From Spirochaetia bacterium (lineage in GTDB: Bacteria > Spirochaetota > Spirochaetia > SZUA-6 > Bin103): 64,000 nucleotides of DNA. Under the pieces are notes generated by a model, which saw only the letters and a list, made by a program, of their open reading frames with translations, had not been told where the DNA came from and searched no databases. The stretch lies in NCBI GenBank assembly GCA_965199955.1, contig CBDATQ010000002.1:1056001-1120000 (forward strand). Reading direction: 5' to 3'. A program made the translations under genes and the position numbers. Shown piece after piece: positions 19,010-27,744 of this stretch. Positions within the stretch are counted from its first letter, which is position 1. Every line of letters begins with the position of its first letter.

Positions 19010-20026
19010 ATGGCCACCGAAGAGCAGGAGATCGTCGAACGCTCGCGCGAGCTGTTCGAACGCGAGTTGCATTCCTTCGTGCCCGACCGGGTGTTCGACG
19101 CGCACTTCGAGATCTGGGATGCGCAGGCGACCATCGAAGGCGCGGTCGGCATCGCCATCCCGACGCGGTTCGAGGACGTCGCGCCCGGCTGCGAGTTGCT
19201 GCACCCGGGGAGGGAGGTGAAGGCGGCATTCATCCCGTTCTCATTCACGTCCGACCTCGTTGCGTCGGCAAATGCGTGGTCTTCGGAACAGGCGCGGCGC
19301 TCGGGCGGCACCTGCTGCAGTTACTTCTTCGCCAGGCCGGACGACGACCCGGAATGGGTGCGGTCCGAGGTGCGCCGGCTCGGCGCGATCGGGCTGAAGT
19401 CCTACCACACCTACGCGGCGCGCAAGCCGACCTGGGAGGCGGACATTCCCGAGTACATGCCGGAGCCGCTGGTGCGGGTCGCGGACGAGGAGGGCTGGAT
19501 CATCAACATGCACCTGGTGAAGGAGCGGGCGGTGGGCCATCCGTCCAACATCCACTGGATCCGTCACTACTGCACCACCTACCCGGGGATGCGGCTGGTG
19601 CTGTCCCACTCCGCGCGCGGGTTCCAGCCGGAGAACAATCTGGCCGGGCTCCCCGAGCTGACCGATCTGGACAACCTGTTCTTCGACACCAGCGTCAACT
19701 GCGAGCCGACCGCGCACCAGGCGATCATCCGTATCATGGGCCACGACCGCCTGCTGTACGGCAGCGACTACCCGTGCAGCCACGTGCTGGGCCGCTACGT
19801 GGCCGCGGGCAGCTCCTTCGCGGTGCTTGAGGCCGACAACCCGATCTGGGGGGCGCGCGACGGCGCGGTGGTGCCGGCGCTGGTCGGCCTGGAGCACCTG
19901 CGCTCGCTGAAATGGGCGTGCTGGGGCTTGGGGCTCGGCGACTCGGCGGTCGAGGACATCTTCTGGGGCAACGCGGACCGGCTGTTTCCGACCGCGAGTC
20001 CGACGGGCGCGCGGGCTACTCCTTGA
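19010..20026 (+). CDS. Amidohydrolase family 2 protein
   Basis: FDAHF, GLKSYH, NMHL, LSHSARGF, LLYGSDYP, FWGNADRL. Confidence 0.85.
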   Translation: MATEEQEIVERSRELFERELHSFVPDRVFDAHFEIWDAQATIEGAVGIAIPTRFEDVAPGCELLHPGREVKAAFIPFSFTSDLVASANAWSSEQARRSGGTCCSYFFARPDDDPEWVRSEVRRLGAIGLKSYHTYAARKPTWEADIPEYMPEPLVRVADEEGWIINMHLVKERAVGHPSNIHWIRHYCTTYPGMRLVLSHSARGFQPENNLAGLPELTDLDNLFFDTSVNCEPTAHQAIIRIMGHDRLLYGSDYPCSHVLGRYVAAGSSFAVLEADNPIWGARDGAVVPALVGLEHLRSLKWACWGLGLGDSAVEDIFWGNADRLFPTASPTGARATP

Positions 20027-20114
20027 TCGATCCGATCAGCACGCCCTTGATGAAGTAGCGCTGGATGAACGGGTAGACGATCAGGATCCGCACCGTGCCG
20101 ACGACGATACCCGA
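20016..20114 (-). pseudogene. C-terminal remnant of a carbohydrate ABC permease
   Basis: Reads SGIVVGTVRILIVYPFIQRYFIKGVLIGSIKE*, the typical permease tail, with no upstream body. Confidence 0.75.
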
Positions 20115-20166
20115 CTTTCACGAAGGGACGATTAAGTCAATCGGCTGTCGATAGATCCGTCGAGGA

Positions 20167-21246
20167 TTACGCGTCCGTGGCCAGGCGCCGCTGCTCTTCG
20201 CGGGCGAACGAGACGACCAGCGGGTCGTCCTGCTGGCGGCGCAGGAAGGCGGCGCGGTCGTCGATGCCCTGCCAGCATTCCTGGATGATGACCTGCGCGA
20301 CCGGGGCGCCGAGCGCGTCGCCGGGGCCCAGGCACACCAGCAGATCGGGTGCGTACTCGCGGAGCGCGACCCGCACGCTGGCCGTGAAGTCGAAGGTCGA
20401 CGTCACCTGCGTGCGCAGCGTGTACTCGGCGAGCGCGGCGGCGTCGGTGGCGAGCGGCGACCACTGGCGGCCGCGGCCGTCGATCAGCGGGACCTCGGGC
20501 GCCCGCCAGTCGACCGTGTCGGGGAGGGACTCCATCGCGCGGCGTGCGTTGTCTGCCAGGAGCGGCGAATGGAAGGCCGCGTGGCCGTGCAGGTGCAGCG
20601 GGTAGGTGCGCTCGCCGGACTGGTGGCGCGGCAGCCGGGTGCGCAGCTCGTGGATGCCCGCGTCGTCGCCCCAGAGGACGCGGTAGCCGCCGTAGCGGAT
20701 GGAGTCTCCCACCCGGTGCCCGGCCGCCCGCGCATCGCGGAGCGCGGCGTCGACTCGCCGGGTGAGATCCGCGTCGGCCCTCCACCGATCGTCGGTGACC
20801 GGGTAGACGATCTGGCCGCCGATCAAGCCGTCGCGGCCCATGCCGCTCATGGTCTCCACCAGGCGCATGGTGTCCGCCAGCGTCAGCGCCCCGGCGCAGA
20901 ACAGCCCCGAGTACCAGCCCAGGCTATTGCCGGCCACCGCCACCACGCGGCAGCGCTCCCGGTCGACGCGCAGGAAGTCGGCGGCGGTGCAGGCAAGGAT
21001 CAGCGACGACACGTGCTCGCCCGCGCTGTGGGCGGCGGTCAGCCGCTCGGCGCCGTCGAGCGCCGACAGCGTCGGGTCGCCGGCGTCGCCGCGGCGGGTG
21101 TCGGCCGCCTGCAGGACCTCCTGGAATGCTTCCCGAGATGCGCCCGGCAGCGGCCGGGACAGGGAGCGCAGGTCGGCGGGTCCGTAACTGCCGCGGCCGG
21201 GGCAGATCACGACGACCCGCCTGCACGCGGCGGCGCCGGTCGTCAC
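20167..21246 (-). CDS. FabD-like ACP S-malonyltransferase / acyltransferase
   Basis: VVICPGRGSY, AGNSLGWY (Ser nucleophile), HAAFHSP, CLGPG; start overlaps the E1 stop. Confidence 0.8.
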   Translation of the reverse strand: MTTGAAACRRVVVICPGRGSYGPADLRSLSRPLPGASREAFQEVLQAADTRRGDAGDPTLSALDGAERLTAAHSAGEHVSSLILACTAADFLRVDRERCRVVAVAGNSLGWYSGLFCAGALTLADTMRLVETMSGMGRDGLIGGQIVYPVTDDRWRADADLTRRVDAALRDARAAGHRVGDSIRYGGYRVLWGDDAGIHELRTRLPRHQSGERTYPLHLHGHAAFHSPLLADNARRAMESLPDTVDWRAPEVPLIDGRGRQWSPLATDAAALAEYTLRTQVTSTFDFTASVRVALREYAPDLLVCLGPGDALGAPVAQVIIQECWQGIDDRAAFLRRQQDDPLVVSFAREEQRRLATDA

Positions 21247-23588
21247 CAGGCTGCCGTCGTCGCCGTCGCGCTCCGGCCGGTCGCCGGCTCGGCTGCCTCA
21301 GGCGCCGGCGCCTGCCGCCGGTCCGGGCGGACCAGGTCGACCGCGCGGGCGACGATCCCGTCCGTGGACGGCAGGACGTACTCGGCGGCCGGTCCCAGGG
21401 GAATGAAGGAATCCTCCCCGCAGTAGCGCCGGATCGCCGGCCGGGTCGGCGCGTCGGCGGTCGCATCGACGACGGCGGCCACCAGCCCTTCGCTCACACC
21501 GCCGGTGGCACGTCCCTCGTCGACGATCAGGATGCGTCCGCTGCGGGTCCCATGCGCGACCACCGTCTCGGTGTCGATCGGCGCCAGCCAGCGCAGGTCG
21601 ATCACTTCCGCGGCGATGCCGTGCCGCTCGGACAGGATGCGCGCCGCCTGCAGCGATCGCCAGAGACCGTTGCTCCAGCTCACGATGGTCAGATCCGGAT
21701 CGTCCGCGGCGTGGACGCGCGCGCGCCCGATCTCGACCGCATCCCCCGGCGGCGGATACCGGAACCGCCAGAGATCGTCGCCCTCCTCGTGCAGGTGGCG
21801 GGTCTGGTACAGGGCGATCGGCTCCAGGAACAGCACCACGCGTCCGTCGGTGACCGCCGCCGCCGTGGCAGTGCGCAGCATGCCCACGGCGTCGTCGCCG
21901 CGCGACGGGCTGGCGATGAGCACGCCCGGCAGATCGCGCAGCGCGGCGATACTGTTGTCGTTGTGGAAGTGCCCGCCGAATCCCCGCTGGTATGCCCAGC
22001 TCGCGATCCTGACCACCAGCGGGTTGCGGAAACCGCCCTGTGAAAAGAACGAGAGCGTCGCCGCCTCGCCCCTGATCTGATCCTGGGCGTTCTGGTAGTA
22101 GGCCAGATACTGGATCTCCGGGACCGGCAGCAGGCCGACGTGGGCGGCGCCCATGGCCAGCCCCAGGATGGACTGCTCGTCGAGCAAGGTGTTGAACACG
22201 CGCGCCGAGCCGGCCCGCTCGGCCAGCCTGGTCGTGACCCCGTAGACGCCGCCGCGGCGGCCCACGTCCTCGCCGAACAGGACCATCTGCGGGTATTTGG
22301 CCATCAGGTCGAGCAGTCCCCAGTTCAGCAGGCGGCCGAAGTGTTGCGGTCCCTGCCGCTCCGGCAGCCGCCGTTCCGACCCGAACAGCGCGACGCGCTC
22401 CTCCGCGTGGTCGGCGCGCGCGGCCTCCAGCATCACCTGCAACGGCCGATGCGTGGCGATGGGCCCCGCCACCTCGGCGGCGCTCTTCAGGCGCGGCCGC
22501 CGCTCGGCTTCCCGCGCCGCCGCGCGCACCCGGTCGCCGATCTCCCGGTACGACTGCAGCAGCGCCCGCGCCGGAGCGAGACCCAAGTCGACTGCGCGCA
22601 GGCTGTTGCCGAGCACCGGGTCGCGCGCCTCCGCCGCCCGGATCCGTTCGCGTGAGTGGTAGGTGATCTCCAGATCCGCCCCGGCGTGGCCGAGCAGGCG
22701 CACGAGCTCCAGGTGCAGGAAGACCGGCACACGCTGGCGCCGGCAGACCTCCACCGCCGCGTGCGCCTGCCGGTAGGTGTCGACGATGTCGCAGCCGTCC
22801 GCCTTCAGGTAGGTGATGCGCGGGTAGGAGCGCCAGACGTGTTCGACCCAGCCGGGCGGCGTCTGCACCGAGATGCCGACGCCGTTGTCCTCACACACGA
22901 ACAGGATCGGGATCGGCAGGTTCTGATAGGCCGCCCAGGCGCCGGCGTTCATGCCGGCCAGCGCGGAGGCGTGGTTCAGCGTGCCGTCGCCGAAGGTGCA
23001 GACCACGATGGCGTCCTCCGGGAACGGCAGGGACTGTACGAGCCCGAGCCGCTTGGCCCGCTCGATGGCGAAGGCGGTCCCCATGGCCTTGGGCACGTGC
23101 GAGGCGATCGTGCTGGTCTGCGGCGGCATCCGCAGGGCCGTGCTGCCGAATACCTTGTGGCGGCCGCCGGCGATCGGATCCTCGGAGCTGGCGCACAGGG
23201 ACAGCAGCACGTCGAACACCGGGGTGTGGCCGGCTACCTGCTTGGCACGCTGCGCGAAGAAGCCGCCGGACCGATAGTGGACGAACGCCGGGTCGTCGGG
23301 GCGCAGGGCTGCGGCCAGCGCCGCGTTCCCCTCGTGGCCGGCGCTGCCGATCGTGTAGAAGCCGGTCCCGCGGCTGCGCAGCCGGCGCGCCTCCAGGTCG
23401 AGGTGGCGCGCCTGGTACTGGGACTCCAGGATTTCCAGGAAGTCGATGCTCCGCAGCCCCGAACGCTTGTCGACGAGGTCGTCGCCGGACCGGCGCGGGC
23501 GCCCGCCGGCGGCTTCGTCATCGGCCGACCGGGACGACAGGGCGTCGATCACGGCTTGGTCGATGGCCTGGGCGCGGTCTGAGTCCAT
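21243..23588 (-). CDS. Fused alpha/beta E1 2-oxoacid dehydrogenase (TPP-dependent)
   Basis: YTIGSAGHEG, GDGTLN...EDN TPP motif, FGEDVG..GGVYGVT, NTLLDEQSI, GGHFHN, IDLRWLAP. Confidence 0.9.
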   Translation of the reverse strand: MDSDRAQAIDQAVIDALSSRSADDEAAGGRPRRSGDDLVDKRSGLRSIDFLEILESQYQARHLDLEARRLRSRGTGFYTIGSAGHEGNAALAAALRPDDPAFVHYRSGGFFAQRAKQVAGHTPVFDVLLSLCASSEDPIAGGRHKVFGSTALRMPPQTSTIASHVPKAMGTAFAIERAKRLGLVQSLPFPEDAIVVCTFGDGTLNHASALAGMNAGAWAAYQNLPIPILFVCEDNGVGISVQTPPGWVEHVWRSYPRITYLKADGCDIVDTYRQAHAAVEVCRRQRVPVFLHLELVRLLGHAGADLEITYHSRERIRAAEARDPVLGNSLRAVDLGLAPARALLQSYREIGDRVRAAAREAERRPRLKSAAEVAGPIATHRPLQVMLEAARADHAEERVALFGSERRLPERQGPQHFGRLLNWGLLDLMAKYPQMVLFGEDVGRRGGVYGVTTRLAERAGSARVFNTLLDEQSILGLAMGAAHVGLLPVPEIQYLAYYQNAQDQIRGEAATLSFFSQGGFRNPLVVRIASWAYQRGFGGHFHNDNSIAALRDLPGVLIASPSRGDDAVGMLRTATAAAVTDGRVVLFLEPIALYQTRHLHEEGDDLWRFRYPPPGDAVEIGRARVHAADDPDLTIVSWSNGLWRSLQAARILSERHGIAAEVIDLRWLAPIDTETVVAHGTRSGRILIVDEGRATGGVSEGLVAAVVDATADAPTRPAIRRYCGEDSFIPLGPAAEYVLPSTDGIVARAVDLVRPDRRQAPAPEAAEPATGRSATATTAAW

Positions 23589-23674
23589 GCGGGCGACGGT
23601 GAGGGTGGGCGAAATCAGCGCACGGCGGCAAGGGGCCGGTGGCCTCTCGATGCGGCGTCTTCGTACACTCCCGC

Positions 23675-24850
23675 ATGCTCGGAATCCTTCCCCTGGAGTG
23701 CCCGATCCGACACTACGACTGGGGGTCGCGATCCGCGCTTGGCCGCCTGCTCGGCCGCCGGCCGAGCGGCCGGCCTGAGGCGGAGTTGTGGATGGGGGCG
23801 CATCCTCAGGCGCCGTCGGTGGCGCGGGTCGGGGCCCGGCGGATGGCGCTGGACCGCCTGATCGCCGAGCATCCGGCCGAAACGCTCGGCCGCGCCGCGC
23901 TGGACGGGCACGGCGCGACGCTGCCGTTTCTCTTCAAGGTCCTGGCGCTGGGCAAACCGGTGTCCGTGCAGGCACACCCCACCCGCGCACGCGCTGCACG
24001 CGGGTTCGAAGCCGAGCAGCGTGCGGGCGTGCCGCTCGATGCGCCGCACCGTTCCTACCGGGACCGCGGGCACAAGCCGGAGGTCATGGTGGCGCTGGAA
24101 CCGATGGTCGTACTGTCGGGCGTCCGGCCGCTTCAGGAGATCGAAGGCGCCTTGACCGCGGCCGGCGTTGGGGAGCTGGCGGCGCCGGCTGGCCGTGAGG
24201 ATGCCGCCGAGGCCATCCGGCGGCTGCTTCGCGCCACGCTGACGCTCGATGGAGCGGCAGGAGCCATCCTGCACCGCCGGCTGGTCGACGGCGCGGCGCG
24301 GGACACGGCCGAGGGCGCGCTTCTCGCAGAGCTGGCCGAGCACTACCCCGGCGACCCGACGGTGATCGCCGCGTTGCTGCTCAACCTCGTCGAGCTCGAG
24401 CCGGGCGGGGCGCTGTACACGCCGCCGGGCCGGCTCCATGCCTTTGTCAGCGGCGCCGGCATCGAGCTGATGGCCAACTCCGACAACGTGCTGCGAGCCG
24501 GACTCACCAGCAAGCACGTGGACGCCGACGAGCTGCTGGCCGCGAGCGCCCTCAGGCCGGCGGCGCCCGAGCGCATCGTGCCGCGGCCCGCGAGTCCCGC
24601 CGAGCGCGTCTACCCGGCTCCCGCCGAGGAGTTCCGGCTGTCGGTCATCGACCTTGAGGCCGACGGGCGATTTGCGCCGCAGGGCCCGGAGATCCTGCTG
24701 CTGATAGGCGACCGCGCGCACCTGCGCTGGTCGGGCGGGACGCTCACGCTGCGGCGCGGCGACGCGGTCTTCGTCCCGGCGTCCGTGGCGGCGTACGAAG
24801 CCCACGGCACCGGGCCGCTGTACCGCGCGCGTGCCGGTTCCGGCGTCTGA
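23675..24850 (+). CDS. manA: Mannose-6-phosphate isomerase class I
   Basis: YDWGS, AELWMGAHP, LPFLFKVL, SVQAHP, HKPE, ELMANSDNVLRAGLTSKHVD. Confidence 0.93.
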   Translation: MLGILPLECPIRHYDWGSRSALGRLLGRRPSGRPEAELWMGAHPQAPSVARVGARRMALDRLIAEHPAETLGRAALDGHGATLPFLFKVLALGKPVSVQAHPTRARAARGFEAEQRAGVPLDAPHRSYRDRGHKPEVMVALEPMVVLSGVRPLQEIEGALTAAGVGELAAPAGREDAAEAIRRLLRATLTLDGAAGAILHRRLVDGAARDTAEGALLAELAEHYPGDPTVIAALLLNLVELEPGGALYTPPGRLHAFVSGAGIELMANSDNVLRAGLTSKHVDADELLAASALRPAAPERIVPRPASPAERVYPAPAEEFRLSVIDLEADGRFAPQGPEILLLIGDRAHLRWSGGTLTLRRGDAVFVPASVAAYEAHGTGPLYRARAGSGV

Positions 24851-24853
24851 GCG

Positions 24854-24930
24854 GAGGATGACCGGCTGGTGATACTGATCCTCACCATCGCCCAACGGGG
24901 CGATGTCTACGAACGGCTTCGCCGGCGGTT
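24854..24930 (+). pseudogene. C-terminal remnant of a RelE/ParE-family toxin
   Basis: EDDRLVILILTIAQRGDVYERLRRR resembles the RelE C-terminus; follows the manA stop directly. Confidence 0.55.
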
Positions 24931-24939
24931 GGGCGCTGA

Positions 24940-25257
24940 CTACGTGCCGTGCAGGACCCAGTCCGGTTCGTCGATCTCGACCGAGTCCCGGTACAGCACC
25001 AGTGGGTCGAGGTCGACGCATCGCCACTCGTCCCGTGTACCAGCGATGTCCCAGGCGGCGGTGCCGTTCATGACCGTAAGCGAGCGACGAAACAGCTCCG
25101 GGTCCTTGAGGGGTTGAAACACCGGGCCGTCCAGCAACGGGGTCACGTCGAACTGCCGGATCGAGCCGTCGTCGAAGTACAGAACGATCCGATAGCCGGG
25201 CGGCGGAGCGGCGATCACCTGCACCACCTCGGGCATGTAGTGAGGATCGTCGATCAC
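24940..25257 (-). CDS. DUF2442 domain protein (putative antitoxin)
   Basis: YRIVLYFDDG...FDVTPLLDGPVFQPLKDPELF...GTAAW...DLDPLVLY; GTG overlaps the DUF4160 stop. Confidence 0.85.
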   Translation of the reverse strand: MIDDPHYMPEVVQVIAAPPPGYRIVLYFDDGSIRQFDVTPLLDGPVFQPLKDPELFRRSLTVMNGTAAWDIAGTRDEWRCVDLDPLVLYRDSVEIDEPDWVLHGT

Positions 25258-25514
25258 ATGAGCCCCTGAATGGATCGCAACGGCTGCTTGTCGCGTGCCA
25301 GCTCCCAATTCTGCATCAGCTCATCCTCGTGCAGTTGAGCCCAGGCAAGGACCAGCCGGAGCTGTCGGCGCGGCAGGTAGCCGGCGATCACCACGCCGCG
25401 GCGGATGTCGACCTTCGCGGCATGCTCCGCGTATTCGGCATGGAAGTGCGGCGGGCCGTGATCGTCCCAATACAAGAGAATCCTGATTCCGTGAAACAGC
25501 GCGACGACCGGCAT
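25254..25514 (-). CDS. DUF4160 domain protein (putative toxin)
   Basis: MPVVALFHGIRILLYWDDHGPPHFHAEY...LVLAWAQLHEDELMQNW. Confidence 0.88.
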   Translation of the reverse strand: MPVVALFHGIRILLYWDDHGPPHFHAEYAEHAAKVDIRRGVVIAGYLPRRQLRLVLAWAQLHEDELMQNWELARDKQPLRSIQGLM

Positions 25515-25640
25515 TGCGATGTCCGCGTTCCATGATAGCAGGGCTTCTGCCTCGGTTGCGGAAGTCCGGATCTTGCCGCTCCGCGCGCATTGCGCGAAGC
25601 TCGGGTGAGTCCAGAGGGACTCGATGGGAGAGCAACCGCG

Positions 25641-25910
25641 ATGACTCCGCCGGCCACGATGCACACCGGACCGCTCGGTTCCACCGTGCACGTGTTGCGC
25701 GCCGATTCCGCGACTGTCACCGAGTTGGTCACGGTCGACTGGAGCCGGCGCTTCCGCCGCGTCTGGCTCGACCCGGTGCGGGGAATCATTGCCCCCTGAT
25801 GTCGCCGTCCCACTCTCATGAGGACCTGACGACGATCCTCGACAACGTCGTGGACGTTGCGGCCAGCATCCTCGCCGGCGCGGCGAAAGGGTTGAGCAGC
25901 ACGCGGCTGC
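25641..25910 (+). pseudogene. Uma2-family (PD-(D/E)xK-like) endonuclease, frameshifted and truncated
   Basis: RVWLDPVRGIIA / LMSPSHSHEDLTTILD...KGLSSTRL across a frameshift in the C run near 25792-25796; catalytic half absent. Confidence 0.6.
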
Positions 25911-25919
25911 TTGAACTGG

Positions 25920-26909
25920 TCAGTTGCGGAAGTCGACCAGCTCCACGTCGAAGATCAGGAAGGCGCGCGGCGGCACGGTGCCGGGCACGCCCATGGCTCC
26001 GTAGCCCAGGTCGGGCGGGATCAGCACGGTGCGGCGAGCGCCGCGGCGCATCTCAAGGAGCATCTCCTCGAGGCCCTGGACCACCGCGCCGATCGTGAAC
26101 TCCATCGGCTCCAGGCCGGACGTGCCGAACTGGGTGCCGTCCGCCAGGCTGCCGGTGTAGCGCAGCAGGACCTTCGCTCCGAAGTCCGGCGTCGGCCCTT
26201 CGCCCGGGCTGTGGATCACGTACAGCAGTCCGGACTCGGTGGCGACGGCGTCCGGCCAGCGGCGGCGGAACTCGTCGAGCACCTCTTCGTGCCGCTCGAG
26301 GACGGCGCGCAGCAACTCTTCGGCCACCTGCGTGCGCAATTCGGCGATCCCGGGGCCGTCGACTCGGTAGGCGCGCGCCGCCGGCCCGACGCGCACGATG
26401 CGGATCCGCTTCAGGATCTGGCCGCGGCGCAGCGCGTCCACCACCTCCTGCCCGTCAACCACTTCTCCGAACACCGGATACACGTCGTCCAGCTCCGGGG
26501 CCGCGCGCCGGGTGATCACGAAGCGGCTGCTGCCGGTGTGCGGACTCTCGGTAAGGAGCGACACCACGCCGGGCCGGTCGTGGCGCAGCTCCGGGTGGAA
26601 CTGGTCGGGAATCTCCCAGTCCGGCGCCGCGAGACCTCGCGCGGCTACGCCGCCGGCCATGACGAGCTGCTCGGTGGCGATCTCGATGATCGATCCGTCA
26701 TAGAACTGAGCCGGCCCCAGCGCTGCCTCGGCAAGCCCCACGAAGGCGGCGACCGGCAGCGGCGCGTGTTCTTCGTGGAGGCGCACCAGGATTCGGCCTT
26801 CATCCGTGACGATCCGCGCGTACAGACCGTCGTCCAGCCCGCCGCATGCCGCCAGCAGCAAGGCCGCGGCGCCGGCCAGCGCTCCGTTGATCAGCTTCAC
26901 GTTGCCCAT
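25920..26909 (-). CDS. Dual cyclophilin + FKBP peptidyl-prolyl isomerase lipoprotein
   Basis: Lipobox LAAC; cyclophilin-like GLYARIVTDEG...FVGLAE...PVFGEVVDG; FKBP-like ESGLLY...YTGSLADG...IPPDLGYG...LIFDVEL. Confidence 0.85.
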   Translation of the reverse strand: MGNVKLINGALAGAAALLLAACGGLDDGLYARIVTDEGRILVRLHEEHAPLPVAAFVGLAEAALGPAQFYDGSIIEIATEQLVMAGGVAARGLAAPDWEIPDQFHPELRHDRPGVVSLLTESPHTGSSRFVITRRAAPELDDVYPVFGEVVDGQEVVDALRRGQILKRIRIVRVGPAARAYRVDGPGIAELRTQVAEELLRAVLERHEEVLDEFRRRWPDAVATESGLLYVIHSPGEGPTPDFGAKVLLRYTGSLADGTQFGTSGLEPMEFTIGAVVQGLEEMLLEMRRGARRTVLIPPDLGYGAMGVPGTVPPRAFLIFDVELVDFRN

Positions 26910-26970
26910 CGAGCGTGGCAGCGCCGCACGTGTCGATCAAGCCGGCGCCAAGCCGGTATGCTCCGCCATC

Positions 26971-27744
26971 GTGAACCAACTGGAAAAGATCCGCGACAAG
27001 TGGGCCAGCGGCGAGGTCTGCATCGGCACCAACGTGACCCTCAGCGACTCGACGGTGGTCGAGCTGCTGGGTGAGGTCGGCTTCGACATCGTCTGGATCG
27101 ACATGGAGCACTCGGCGATGACGCTCGATCACTGCCTGAATCACGTCCGCACCTGCCGCGGCGTGGGCATGGCGCCGTTCATCCGCGTGCCGTCCAACGA
27201 CCCGGTGGTGGTCAAGCCGTTCCTGGAGATGCACCCGGCCGGCATCATCATGCCGCGCATCTCGAACGTGGCCGACGCCGAGCAGGCGGTGCGAAGCTGC
27301 CGCTACCCGCCGCGCGGCGTGCGCGGCTTCGGCCCGATCCGCGGCGTGCGCTTCAGCGCGCGCAGCACCGAGGACTATCTGGCCAACGTCGACGCCGAGA
27401 TCCTGGTCATCCTGCAGATCGAGCACATCGACGCGGTGAACCAGATCGAGGAGATCCTGCGGATCCCCGGCGTGGACAGCATCGTCCCCGGCCCCATGGA
27501 CCTGTCCGGCACGATGGGCCTGCTGGGACAGCCCGGCCATCCCGACGTGGTCGCCGCCATTCAGCGGATGCTCGACGCGGCGCGCGCCGCGGGCGTGCCG
27601 ATGGGACAGTCGATCGGCCCTGATCCCGAGGCGCTTCGCCACTGGATCGACGGCGGCGTCTCCTGGCTCTGCGCGGGCGGCGACTGGCACCTGCTGTACC
27701 CCGCGGCCAGGGAGCTGCACGAGTTGATGTCTTCGATGACGTGA
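26971..27744 (+). CDS. HpcH/HpaI aldolase family protein
   Basis: GFDIVWIDMEH, RYPPRGVRGFG, QIEHIDA, GPMDLS. Confidence 0.9.
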   Translation: MNQLEKIRDKWASGEVCIGTNVTLSDSTVVELLGEVGFDIVWIDMEHSAMTLDHCLNHVRTCRGVGMAPFIRVPSNDPVVVKPFLEMHPAGIIMPRISNVADAEQAVRSCRYPPRGVRGFGPIRGVRFSARSTEDYLANVDAEILVILQIEHIDAVNQIEEILRIPGVDSIVPGPMDLSGTMGLLGQPGHPDVVAAIQRMLDAARAAGVPMGQSIGPDPEALRHWIDGGVSWLCAGGDWHLLYPAARELHELMSSMT

